Of a stretch of 41,813 nucleotides of DNA, positions 1-7,374 are shown piece by piece. A program made the position numbers and the translations under genes. Origin of the DNA: Pseudomonadota bacterium (GTDB lineage: Bacteria > UBA10199 > 2-02-FULL-44-16 > JAAZCA01); NCBI GenBank assembly GCA_043822785.1, contig JBDRBN010000043.1, forward strand, positions 1-41,813. The letters run 5' to 3'. Numbering within the stretch: position 1 is the first letter of the stretch; each line of letters begins with the position of its first letter. The notes below the pieces were generated by a model. That model was not told where the DNA came from. It made no database searches and worked only from the letters and a program-made list of their open reading frames with translations.

Positions 1-47
1 TCCTGCATCACCTTTAACCTATTGTTTTCCTTCATCGTCAGTAGCAT
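1..47 (-). CDS. N-terminus of a putative IS transposase (MLLTMKENNRLKVMQ...), partial
   Basis: ATG at 47 with SD AGGAGG 8 nt upstream. Peptide resembles the MxxxExxRLxVxQ start of IS1202/ISNCY transposases. Only 15 codons are visible. Confidence 0.5.
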   Translation of the reverse strand, partial: MLLTMKENNRLKVMQ

Positions 48-140
48 CCCTTCCACCTCCTACGTTTACCCCATAGAAGGTATTATCTACTGACATTTTC
101 CCTTGGGCAATTACCCTGACATTATCGCTTGGGTACCACA
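1..140 (-). mobile_element. Left end of a probable IS1202-family (ISNCY) insertion sequence, truncated by window edge
   Basis: Minus strand starts TGTGGTACC at 140. Two 18-bp direct repeats, CTGACATTTTCCCTTGGG (90-107) and CTGACATTATCGCTTGGG (116-133). AGGAGG (61-56) precedes an ORF pointing out of the window. Confidence 0.55.
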
Positions 141-156
141 GAGAGATGATCTCGCC

Positions 157-185
157 TTGACAGCTTGGGGTGCATCCTTTAGTTT
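157..185 (+). promoter_or_regulatory. sigma70-type promoter for tRNA-Cys
   Basis: TTGACA (157-162), 17-nt spacer, TAGTTT (180-185), about 20 nt upstream of the tRNA. Confidence 0.65.
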
Positions 186-204
186 CCCTTTTCAATTTTG
201 AGCT

Positions 205-277
205 GGCGGCGTACCCAAATGGTTAAGGGGACGGTTTGCAAAACCGCTATCTACCGGTTCGATTCCGGTCGCCGCCT
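205..277 (+). tRNA. tRNA-Cys(GCA), CCA not encoded
   Basis: Acceptor GGCGGCG/CGCCGCC, anticodon GCA at 238-240, T-arm ACCGG-TTCGATT-CCGGT, U discriminator. Confidence 0.96.
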
Positions 278-309
278 CAAAAAATTTGGCTAACGCCAAA
301 TTCGTGTAT

Positions 310-338
310 ACCCCGTGGGTGTTGCCCCCGGGGTTTTT
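310..338 (+). terminator. Possible intrinsic terminator after tRNA-Cys
   Basis: ACCCCGTGGG-TGTTG-CCCCCGGGGT followed by T-run. A second hairpin AATTTGGC-TAAC-GCCAAATT lies at 283-302. Confidence 0.45.
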
Positions 339-390
339 AATTTCATAAAATCATTGATGTTTTTTGCGCTGTTGTCTAATTTGATCTCCC

Positions 391-1140
391 ATGATTGAAA
401 ATAGGGTCAAGGAGAATGGTCATATATGGTGGCAAGATCTGAAGCCTAATATTCTGTGGTATCTTGTTGGTCTTATTGCTAGCGATGGTTGCCTTAGCAC
501 TGATGGAAGGCATATTGATATTACTGCTAAAGAATTTTCATATTTGGAGCTGATTAAGCAATGTTGTAAGATACCAAATAAAGTTGGTAAGAAGCGCAAT
601 GGGAAGGGGGAGTTTGTATATCGGATTCAATTAAGCTCAAGATCTTTTTATTGTTTCCTTACTGATCTGGGTTTGATGCCAAATAAATCAAAGAGGCTTG
701 GAGAGCTTAATATTCCAAAAGAATTCTTTCATGACTTCTTGCGCGGAGTGATTGATGGCGACGGTGGGATACGAAGCTGGCAACATCCAAAAAATGGCGT
801 TGAGCAGTGGTCTCTTAGAATTGTAAGTGCTTCTAAGCCATTCGCTGAATGGTTAAAGAAATGTTGTGAGGACTATTTTTCTGTATACGGTAGAATTCAT
901 GGAGGAGTGAGTGAAAAATCGCAGTTGTGGGTATTGAAATATGGGAAGCTTGCTGCCCAAGTTTTATTGAGTAGATGTTATTATGATGATAAAGCCCTTT
1001 GCTTGAAAAGAAAGGCTGTTATGGCCAAAAGATGTTGTGCAGCAGAAAGGGGGTGGAGTACTAGTAAGACCATAATGAAAGCCCGGGTGGCGGAACTGGC
1101 AGACGCAAGGGACTCAATCAATGGGTCTGCTCTGCGGTAA
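391..1140 (+). CDS. Free-standing double-motif LAGLIDADG homing endonuclease-like protein
   Basis: Motifs YLVGLIASDG and FLRGVIDGDG retain acidic catalytic positions. LGLMPNKS linker; basic protein; visibly AT-richer than downstream genes. Confidence 0.88.
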   Translation: MIENRVKENGHIWWQDLKPNILWYLVGLIASDGCLSTDGRHIDITAKEFSYLELIKQCCKIPNKVGKKRNGKGEFVYRIQLSSRSFYCFLTDLGLMPNKSKRLGELNIPKEFFHDFLRGVIDGDGGIRSWQHPKNGVEQWSLRIVSASKPFAEWLKKCCEDYFSVYGRIHGGVSEKSQLWVLKYGKLAAQVLLSRCYYDDKALCLKRKAVMAKRCCAAERGWSTSKTIMKARVAELADARDSINGSALR

Positions 1141-1435
1141 CGCAGAGTTAGCAATTGGGTGAATTCGGGGAAGCCCACACTCCTTAAGTTTATGGAACGG
1201 GTAATCCCGAGCCAAGCCGCAGAGGGGAACAATTAGGATTTTGTTCGATTGTTTGTTTTGCGGAAGGTGTAGAGACTAGAGGGTGAGCCCCAACAATAAT
1301 CCCTCATAAGCGCCCAACATCCTGCTTTTGAAAGGGCAGGATGATGAGATAGTCCATGCCGATGGGAAACTATCGGGTCCATGTAAAATCCCTCGGGGAG
1401 CGATCCCTGTACCGGTTCGATTCCGGTCCCGGGCA
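1081..1435 (+). tRNA. tRNA-Leu(UAA) interrupted by a group I intron (exons 1081-1114 and 1384-1435)
   Basis: Joined exons give acceptor GCCCGGG/CCCGGGC, anticodon arm AGGGA-CT TAA AA-TCCCT, long variable arm, T-arm ACCGG-TTCGATT-CCGGT and A discriminator. Confidence 0.92.
1115..1383 (+). ncRNA. Group I self-splicing intron (269 nt, no internal ORF)
   Basis: P1 GACU|CA with UGGGUC, including a U1114.G1124 wobble. P2 CUCUGCG-GUAA-CGCAGAG. P3 UUGGGUG/CGCCCAA. P4 UUCGGG/CCCGAG. P7 GACUA/UAGUC. P8 CAUCCUGC/GCAGGAUG. P9 CCGAUGG-GAAA-CUAUCGG. P9.0 AUG/CAU immediately before omega-G1383. Confidence 0.93.
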
Positions 1436-1495
1436 CAATGAAGGCAAGCAACGCGAGAAAGGCCAGCAAGGCCAGCAACGTAAGGCGGAGGTAGG

Positions 1496-2182
1496 GTGTC
1501 TCTGTTTAATAAAGAAGAATTCATCAAATTCCTCATCGACAATCATGTTGTGGGGTTTTTTGATAAACCGGTCAAACTTAAATCCGGCAGAATGTCTCAT
1601 TGGTATGTGAACTGGCGCATTGTATGCGGCGATGTGTTTTTGATCGATCGCCTTGCAGATTTTCTTATTGATTTTATAAAGGATCATGAGTTCACGCCAG
1701 AAGCCTTTTACGGCGTTCCTGAAGGTGCTACCAAACTAGGCATTATAGCTACTTACAAATGGGCAAAAGCAGAGCCAGGTTTTACAAAAGGAACGAATGT
1801 GTTGTCCATGGGACGCGGCAAACCCAAGGAACACGGAGCCAGTCAGGATCGATTTTTTCTAACGCCTCCTTGCGGAAAAATAGTAGTGGTAGAAGACGTA
1901 ACCACAACAGGTGGTTCACTTCTAGCCACTCTTGATCAGTTAGCTGAAATGGATGTTGAGGTGTTAGCTGCAGTGGGGCTTACGAATCGAATGGAACTTT
2001 GTGATAATGGCAAAAGCGTTGAAGCAGCTGTTAAGGAAAAGGGTATCTCATACCTGACGCTTAGCAAGGCCACTGATTTCTTGCCAGAAGCTTATCGAAC
2101 TTTAGCTCCTGGAGAACACATAGGAAAGGCAATAGAGAAAGAGTTTGCCGAATATGGCGTGGAAAACATAAAACTGCGATAA
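1496..2182 (+). CDS. pyrE: Orotate phosphoribosyltransferase
   Basis: LKSGRMSHWYVN motif; PRPP loop VVVEDVTTTGGS; adjacent to pyrF. Confidence 0.88.
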   Translation: MSLFNKEEFIKFLIDNHVVGFFDKPVKLKSGRMSHWYVNWRIVCGDVFLIDRLADFLIDFIKDHEFTPEAFYGVPEGATKLGIIATYKWAKAEPGFTKGTNVLSMGRGKPKEHGASQDRFFLTPPCGKIVVVEDVTTTGGSLLATLDQLAEMDVEVLAAVGLTNRMELCDNGKSVEAAVKEKGISYLTLSKATDFLPEAYRTLAPGEHIGKAIEKEFAEYGVENIKLR

Positions 2183-2218
2183 ATACTGGTCACTAGTCAC
2201 TGATTAAAGGAGATCCTC

Positions 2219-2971
2219 ATGATCATCTCTCAAGATCGAAGCATAATTCCAGCGTGTGATGTTGGAGCTGAACATCATGAAGCGCTTCTTAAAGCAACGG
2301 CTGACCTGGCAGGCATTGGTGCATACAAGATTGGATTTGCTTTATCGCTTTCTATCGGCCTTCCGCGTGCGGTTCAGATAGCCAGGAGATATACGCACAA
2401 GCCCCTTATCTATGATCATCAGAAAGCTGGCAGTGATATACCTGATACCGGAAGGGTGTTTGCCAGAATATGTAAGGAAGCTGGCATTGATTCCGTGATA
2501 TTGTTTCCACACGCAGGACCTGAGACCCAGCGGGCCTGGATCGACTATGCGCGCAACGAGGATCTCCACGTGATCGTTGGAGGGCTCATGACGCATCCTA
2601 AGTTTGTGCGCAGCGAAGGCGGTTACATTGCAGACGAAGCTATCATCGAGCTGTATGAGAGATCTGCAGCCCTTGGCGTGACCGATTATGTGGTTCCTGG
2701 CAATAACCCTGTTGCAATAAGCAAGATACGTGCGATGTTAGAACGCGAGAGGGTTCATCAAGTAGTGTTTTACTCGCCCGGTCTTGTTGCGCAGGGTGGT
2801 GCTTTAAGAGAAGCCATGGAGGCTGCCGGCGAGCGCTACCACGCTATAGTTGGTCGAGGCATCTATGCTGCGCCCGATATGCGCAAGGCGGCCGTGGATC
2901 TGTGCGAGCAGCTAGAGGAAGCGAGTTCAGAGTCAATGAACGATGTGGATACAGTAAGCGTGGATGAGTAA
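2219..2971 (+). CDS. pyrF: Orotidine-5'-phosphate decarboxylase (atypical, archaeal-like)
   Basis: IIPACD, YKIG, DHQKAGSDIPDT, SPGLVAQGG and IVGRGIY motifs. Confidence 0.82.
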   Translation: MIISQDRSIIPACDVGAEHHEALLKATADLAGIGAYKIGFALSLSIGLPRAVQIARRYTHKPLIYDHQKAGSDIPDTGRVFARICKEAGIDSVILFPHAGPETQRAWIDYARNEDLHVIVGGLMTHPKFVRSEGGYIADEAIIELYERSAALGVTDYVVPGNNPVAISKIRAMLERERVHQVVFYSPGLVAQGGALREAMEAAGERYHAIVGRGIYAAPDMRKAAVDLCEQLEEASSESMNDVDTVSVDE

Positions 2972-3009
2972 TTAGTGACCAGTAACCAGTGACCAGTAGG
3001 GGGGGGGTT

Positions 3010-3531
3010 GTGGCTGAACGTGAGATAGAAGTTCTCATCACAACTGAGAAGATAAACAAACGATTGAGTGAGCTTGCTAGCCAGATCGAGGCGGATTTTT
3101 TGGACGATGACATGGTTGTGGTGGGCGTGCTCAAGGGCTCTTTTGTCTTCATGGCAGATCTAGTCAGAAGAATCAAACGACCTCTAAGCTGCGACTTCGT
3201 TAGAGTATCCAGCTATCACGATGACAAAAGTACAGGCATCATAAGAATGGAGTTCGATATGACACAGCCTGTAGAGGAAAAGAACGTGCTGCTCGTGGAG
3301 GACATAGTCGATACTGGTAAAACGCTAAGGCATCTGCTCAAGCATATGCAAACAAAAAAGCCGAGATCGCTGCGGGTTGCTGCACTTCTATACAAGGATA
3401 TGGGAACAGGAGTGAGGGATCTTGTGGATTATGTGGGTTTTGAGGTTCCAAAGAAATTCGTCATAGGCTACGGCCTAGATTCGAACGGCCTCTATAGATC
3501 GCTGCCGTACGTGGGGGCGTTTAAAGAGTAA
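3010..3531 (+). CDS. hpt: Hypoxanthine phosphoribosyltransferase
   Basis: GVLKGSFVFMADL, LLVEDIVDTGKTL, FVIGYGLD. Start moved to GTG 3010 because the upstream extension is repeat-derived. Confidence 0.93.
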   Translation: MAEREIEVLITTEKINKRLSELASQIEADFLDDDMVVVGVLKGSFVFMADLVRRIKRPLSCDFVRVSSYHDDKSTGIIRMEFDMTQPVEEKNVLLVEDIVDTGKTLRHLLKHMQTKKPRSLRVAALLYKDMGTGVRDLVDYVGFEVPKKFVIGYGLDSNGLYRSLPYVGAFKE

Positions 3532-3533
3532 AA

Positions 3534-3682
3534 AAATTCCAAATTCCAAGCACCAAACTCCAAATAAATACCAAATTCCAAAATCCAAATTCCAAACAAA
3601 ATCTCGGTGATTGGGTGTTTCGGTCATTGGACATTGGAGTTTGGAATTTATTTTGGAATTTGGTATTTGGTGCTTGGAATTT
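3534..3682. repeat. Degenerate heptamer array (AAATTCC-like) in two inverted arms
   Basis: AAATTCC/AAGCACC/AAACTCC units followed by complementary TTGGAAT/TTGGTAT/TTGGTGC units, between convergent hpt and PilZ genes. Confidence 0.85.
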
Positions 3683-3685
3683 AGT

Positions 3686-4357
3686 TTACTGCCTCACCAA
3701 CAACTTATTCACCAAGCTCAGAAGATCTACCGTTTTCTCCAGCGTATCCACTGAGGCTTCCTCGAATTTCTGAAGCGTTTCGTCCTGATCGGTTTCAAAC
3801 TTTATTCCATACGAGTAACCGGATTCGATGGGCAGCTCATAGACTATTTTTCCGGCGCGCAATACTTCATGAATTTCGTCATCGCAGGCGATTTCAAAGT
3901 TGAACAATAGGCTACGATCAGGCGGCAGCTCCTCCAATGTTTCTGCCCTGAGACCTCCGGCACTTAGATTTATGATTCTTGCAGCGATCTTTTTATCTTC
4001 TCCTTCGATGCTTATGGTTGCGTCTATGGGCGGCGTAAAACTAACTCGCGGATAAACCCTTCGGTTCACCTTCTTTACCTGTGATGGGTCGACCCTCAGT
4101 CTCAGCGTATCAGGCATTTGGTCTGGAAGCGGCTCGCTTTCTATTTGTGCCTCAATTTCATATACGGCCGATCCATCGAGCGTAGGGATTAGCCCCAGCA
4201 AGGTCTTGTGCATGGGCGCGCCAACAGGAACGTCTATAAGGATATAGTCTTCGCCTATATCCCAAAGGCGAAGCCTCATGGCTTGGTCGCCTTTGAAAAA
4301 GAAGAAATGTGCATGCGCATCCTTAAGAACCTCTCTAAGATCGGTTGTCTTTATCAT
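3686..4357 (-). CDS. PilZ-domain c-di-GMP-binding protein
   Basis: RRVYPR (RxxxR) and NLSAGG ((D/N)xSxxG) signatures. Confidence 0.85.
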   Translation of the reverse strand: MIKTTDLREVLKDAHAHFFFFKGDQAMRLRLWDIGEDYILIDVPVGAPMHKTLLGLIPTLDGSAVYEIEAQIESEPLPDQMPDTLRLRVDPSQVKKVNRRVYPRVSFTPPIDATISIEGEDKKIAARIINLSAGGLRAETLEELPPDRSLLFNFEIACDDEIHEVLRAGKIVYELPIESGYSYGIKFETDQDETLQKFEEASVDTLEKTVDLLSLVNKLLVRQ

Positions 4358-4435
4358 ATGATCTCCTTTATCTCGTCTTAAGAATACGTTTCTCGCGTTG
4401 CCCTGTACCGGACGGTACAGGGCGTTGCTTGCGTT

Positions 4436-5896
4436 TTATTGTTTCTCAAAAAACACCTTCCATTTTTCTTCAGCAGGCTTCTTGCCTATGAGCGATACGA
4501 ATATCAAGAGGATGGTGGCAAGAAGGAACGCTGGAATGATGATGTATTCGCCAAGCTCTGCGCCAGGAATTGCAAAGTGTGTCTCAAAGTAGGCTTGTAC
4601 ATTGGGCAGGTCAAACACGACTTTAGTTGCTATGGTTCCCACCATGCCTCCGATTATAGAGGCAATGCCGCCTGCTGTGGTGACCCTCTTCCAGAAAAAA
4701 GCTGCCAAGATAGCAGGGGTGAGCCCTGCGCCTATCATTGTATATGCGTACAGCGCCATGGTGAGGACGTTTCTGAACTTGGTGAGCAGCACATAAGCTA
4801 TGATTCCTAGAACGACGGTTGATGTTCGGCTAACGATTACCACTAGGCGCTGGTTCATGCCCTTGGCCAAGAAGCGCTGGATGATATCGTGAGTGAGGTT
4901 TGTTGCGGGTGCTAGCAAAAATGAGTTAGCAGTTGAGAACACTATGGCTATGCCGGAAGCCAGAAGCATGCAGCCTGCCCATGTTGGCAGCCCAAACCGC
5001 GCTATATCCAGTATTACGCGTTCGGCATGTCCATCAGCACCAAGGTCTGGAAACTTTATTCTGCCAAGCACTGCAAGCGTGCAGATGAGTGTGTCTATGA
5101 TTATGATGCCGATAATCCATCCTATCGCAGCGCGCTTTGCCGTGCGCTCGTTCTTTGCAGAGAAGAATTTTTGATACATGGAAGGCTCGCCCAGAAGCAG
5201 AAAAAACACTGGAAAAAATACGGCAGCAGCCCATATGGCGCCGTGCCCTCCAAAGAGAGAAAAATGCTCTTGTGGAAGCGCAGCAATGACAGCCGAGGGT
5301 CCTCCGAGGTCCATCACGAGAAGGGGCACTGCAACGCAAATGCCCAAAAGCACGAGGACGCCGTTCATTATGTCGATCGCTACTATAGAGCGCATGCCGG
5401 CGAGCGCCGTCACTAAAATCGTCATGGCTGCCATGATCACGATGCCGTTTTGTGTGGGCACATCAGCCACCAGGTTAAGAATGTATGCGCCGCCTTTTAA
5501 CTGATATCCCACGATCGTTGTGCAGCCGATTATGAGCGCTATTGAACCGAGCGCGCGTGCTGCGCTGTTGTATCTTTTCTCTAGGATATCAGGTAGCGTG
5601 TACCCGCCAATGTGTCTTACTCTGCCGGCAAGCCTGTAGATCACAAGGATTGCAACCCATGCGCCCACTGCCATCCATAGCTCTGAAAATCCCTGGCGAT
5701 AAGCCAGCCCTGCGCCGCCGATGAGGCTGCCGGCACCGGTCCATGTAACGATGAGGGTCATGATCATCATGAACGTGGATACATGCCGCTCCGCAATCAT
5801 GAAGTCGTTCTGTCCGCGCACCCTTCTGCTTCTCCAAATGCCTATTGCTGACATAGCAACGAGATATGCGATAACAGTAATAAGATAGACGTTCAT
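4436..5896 (-). CDS. Sodium:solute symporter (SSS) family protein
   Basis: Many TM helices; DFMIAER, GAGSLIG, TLPDILEKRY and YQKFFSAK motifs. Confidence 0.9.
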   Translation of the reverse strand: MNVYLITVIAYLVAMSAIGIWRSRRVRGQNDFMIAERHVSTFMMIMTLIVTWTGAGSLIGGAGLAYRQGFSELWMAVGAWVAILVIYRLAGRVRHIGGYTLPDILEKRYNSAARALGSIALIIGCTTIVGYQLKGGAYILNLVADVPTQNGIVIMAAMTILVTALAGMRSIVAIDIMNGVLVLLGICVAVPLLVMDLGGPSAVIAALPQEHFSLFGGHGAIWAAAVFFPVFFLLLGEPSMYQKFFSAKNERTAKRAAIGWIIGIIIIDTLICTLAVLGRIKFPDLGADGHAERVILDIARFGLPTWAGCMLLASGIAIVFSTANSFLLAPATNLTHDIIQRFLAKGMNQRLVVIVSRTSTVVLGIIAYVLLTKFRNVLTMALYAYTMIGAGLTPAILAAFFWKRVTTAGGIASIIGGMVGTIATKVVFDLPNVQAYFETHFAIPGAELGEYIIIPAFLLATILLIFVSLIGKKPAEEKWKVFFEKQ

Positions 5897-5920
5897 ATTT
5901 TTCCTTTCAGTATCTAGTGA

Positions 5921-7240
5921 CTACTGATTGAGCAAGGCGAACTTTAAGATGAACAGGGCGCCGAGTACATAGACCAACCAATTTGCCTCACGCCATCTGC
6001 CGGTGACGATCTTGATAAGTGGGTAAAGTATAAAGCCGAGTGCTAAGCCATTGGATATGGAAAAGGTCAGCGGTATGGCCAAGCATGCAACGACTGCTGG
6101 AAGCGCTTCTGTCCAATCATCCCAAACGATCTTCACCAGATTTCTCAGCATAAATGTGGCTACGATTACTAGAACAGGCGCTGTGGCTTGAGCTGGCACG
6201 ATCGAGATGATGGGTGCGAAGAAGAGCATCACTATGAACAGAAAACCTACGATTACGGCTGTAAGTCCGCTGCGACCACCCACTGCGATGCCGGCAGTGG
6301 ATTCGATGTATGCGGTGACCGTGGATGTGCCAAGTGCTGCGCCAACCATGGTGCCGCAAGCATCTGATGTGAGGGCGTGGCCAGCCCGCGGCAGATAGAG
6401 CTTGCCGTCCTCACGCTTTTTCATAAGTCCGCCCTGATCAGCTACTCCGATAAGCGTGGCTATTGTGTCGAATAGATCCACAAAAAAGAACGCGAATATG
6501 ATTTCTATAAGCCCCAAGGAGAGCGCTCCCTTGATATCCATGGCTCCGAGAGTAGGCATAATCGAAGGCGGCAAAGACACTAAGCTATCAGGGCGTTTGG
6601 CCACACCAATCCCAATAGCTATGATTGTGGTGATAAGTATGCCCCACAAAAGCGCTCCACGAATCTTTCTCGCCAAAAAGAATGCGGTAATCACGAGGCC
6701 GACCATGGTTACAATGGCATTGGGATGCGCAAGATCACCAAGACCTACAAGCACTGCGTCGTTCTTTACGATGATGCCAGCGTTTTTGAGGCCGATGAAT
6801 GCTATGAATATGCCTATACCAGCGGCCACACCGTGCTTCATGGAATCTGGAATGGCTTCCATGATCTTTGTGCGGATGCCTGTAACCGACAATATGAAGA
6901 AGAGCACACCTGAGATAAACACCGCGCCCAGCGCTGTTTGCCATGCAATGCCGCCCACCACACACACAGAGTAGGCAAAATATGAGTTTGGTCCCATGCC
7001 CGGAGCAGCAGCGATGGGTAGCTTTGCATACACGCCCATAAGTATTGATGCGAAAGCTGCAGATAAGCATGTTGCAGTCATCACAGCGCCAAAGGGCATG
7101 CCCGATGCTTTGAGGATGGCCGGGTTCACAAATGCGATATAGGCCATGGTAAGAAAGGTGGTAACACCTGCCATGAACTCGGTTCTGAAATTTGTGTTGT
7201 GCTCGGCGAATTCAAAATAAGCGGCAATGGCCTTTAGCAT
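5921..7240 (-). CDS. NCS2/AzgA-family purine (guanine/hypoxanthine or adenine) permease
   Basis: EFMAGVTTFLTMAYIAFVNP, APGMG, DLFDT, YIES..G..GGRSGLTA. Start set at ATG 7240 because the longer ORF is repeat-derived. Confidence 0.9.
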   Translation of the reverse strand: MLKAIAAYFEFAEHNTNFRTEFMAGVTTFLTMAYIAFVNPAILKASGMPFGAVMTATCLSAAFASILMGVYAKLPIAAAPGMGPNSYFAYSVCVVGGIAWQTALGAVFISGVLFFILSVTGIRTKIMEAIPDSMKHGVAAGIGIFIAFIGLKNAGIIVKNDAVLVGLGDLAHPNAIVTMVGLVITAFFLARKIRGALLWGILITTIIAIGIGVAKRPDSLVSLPPSIMPTLGAMDIKGALSLGLIEIIFAFFFVDLFDTIATLIGVADQGGLMKKREDGKLYLPRAGHALTSDACGTMVGAALGTSTVTAYIESTAGIAVGGRSGLTAVIVGFLFIVMLFFAPIISIVPAQATAPVLVIVATFMLRNLVKIVWDDWTEALPAVVACLAIPLTFSISNGLALGFILYPLIKIVTGRWREANWLVYVLGALFILKFALLNQ

Positions 7241-7374
7241 GAAAATCCCCCAAATATTTCCGGCTAATGAAACATGTATGTTCATGAAAAGCAAGGCATT
7301 AACAGATGCAAGCAACGCGAGAAACGCAAGCAACGCCAGCAACGTTAACATGACACTCTGAGACTGGTCACTGA

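Noticed and set aside
1081..1120. Reading the tRNA as Leu(CAA) from GGGACT-CAA
   Set aside because: P1 geometry puts the 5' splice site after U1114, so CAA is intron sequence. The omega-G1383 junction restores a 7-nt loop only with UAA.
391..1140. Intein-derived or WhiA-type LAGLIDADG
   Set aside because: There is no host extein or Hint splicing termini, and no WhiA HTH domain or gene context.
981..1687. Short ORFs 981..1232, 1233..1478, 1276..1542, 1356..1610 and 1370..1687
   Set aside because: They overlap the tRNA, intron, nonamer repeats or pyrE, and have no recognisable motifs.
7241..7351. Hydrophobic N-terminal extension of the NCS2 permease (similarly cca 26300-26347 and mreC 28758-28799)
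   Set aside because: It is a translation of the nonamer/heptamer repeats; family-like sequence begins downstream.
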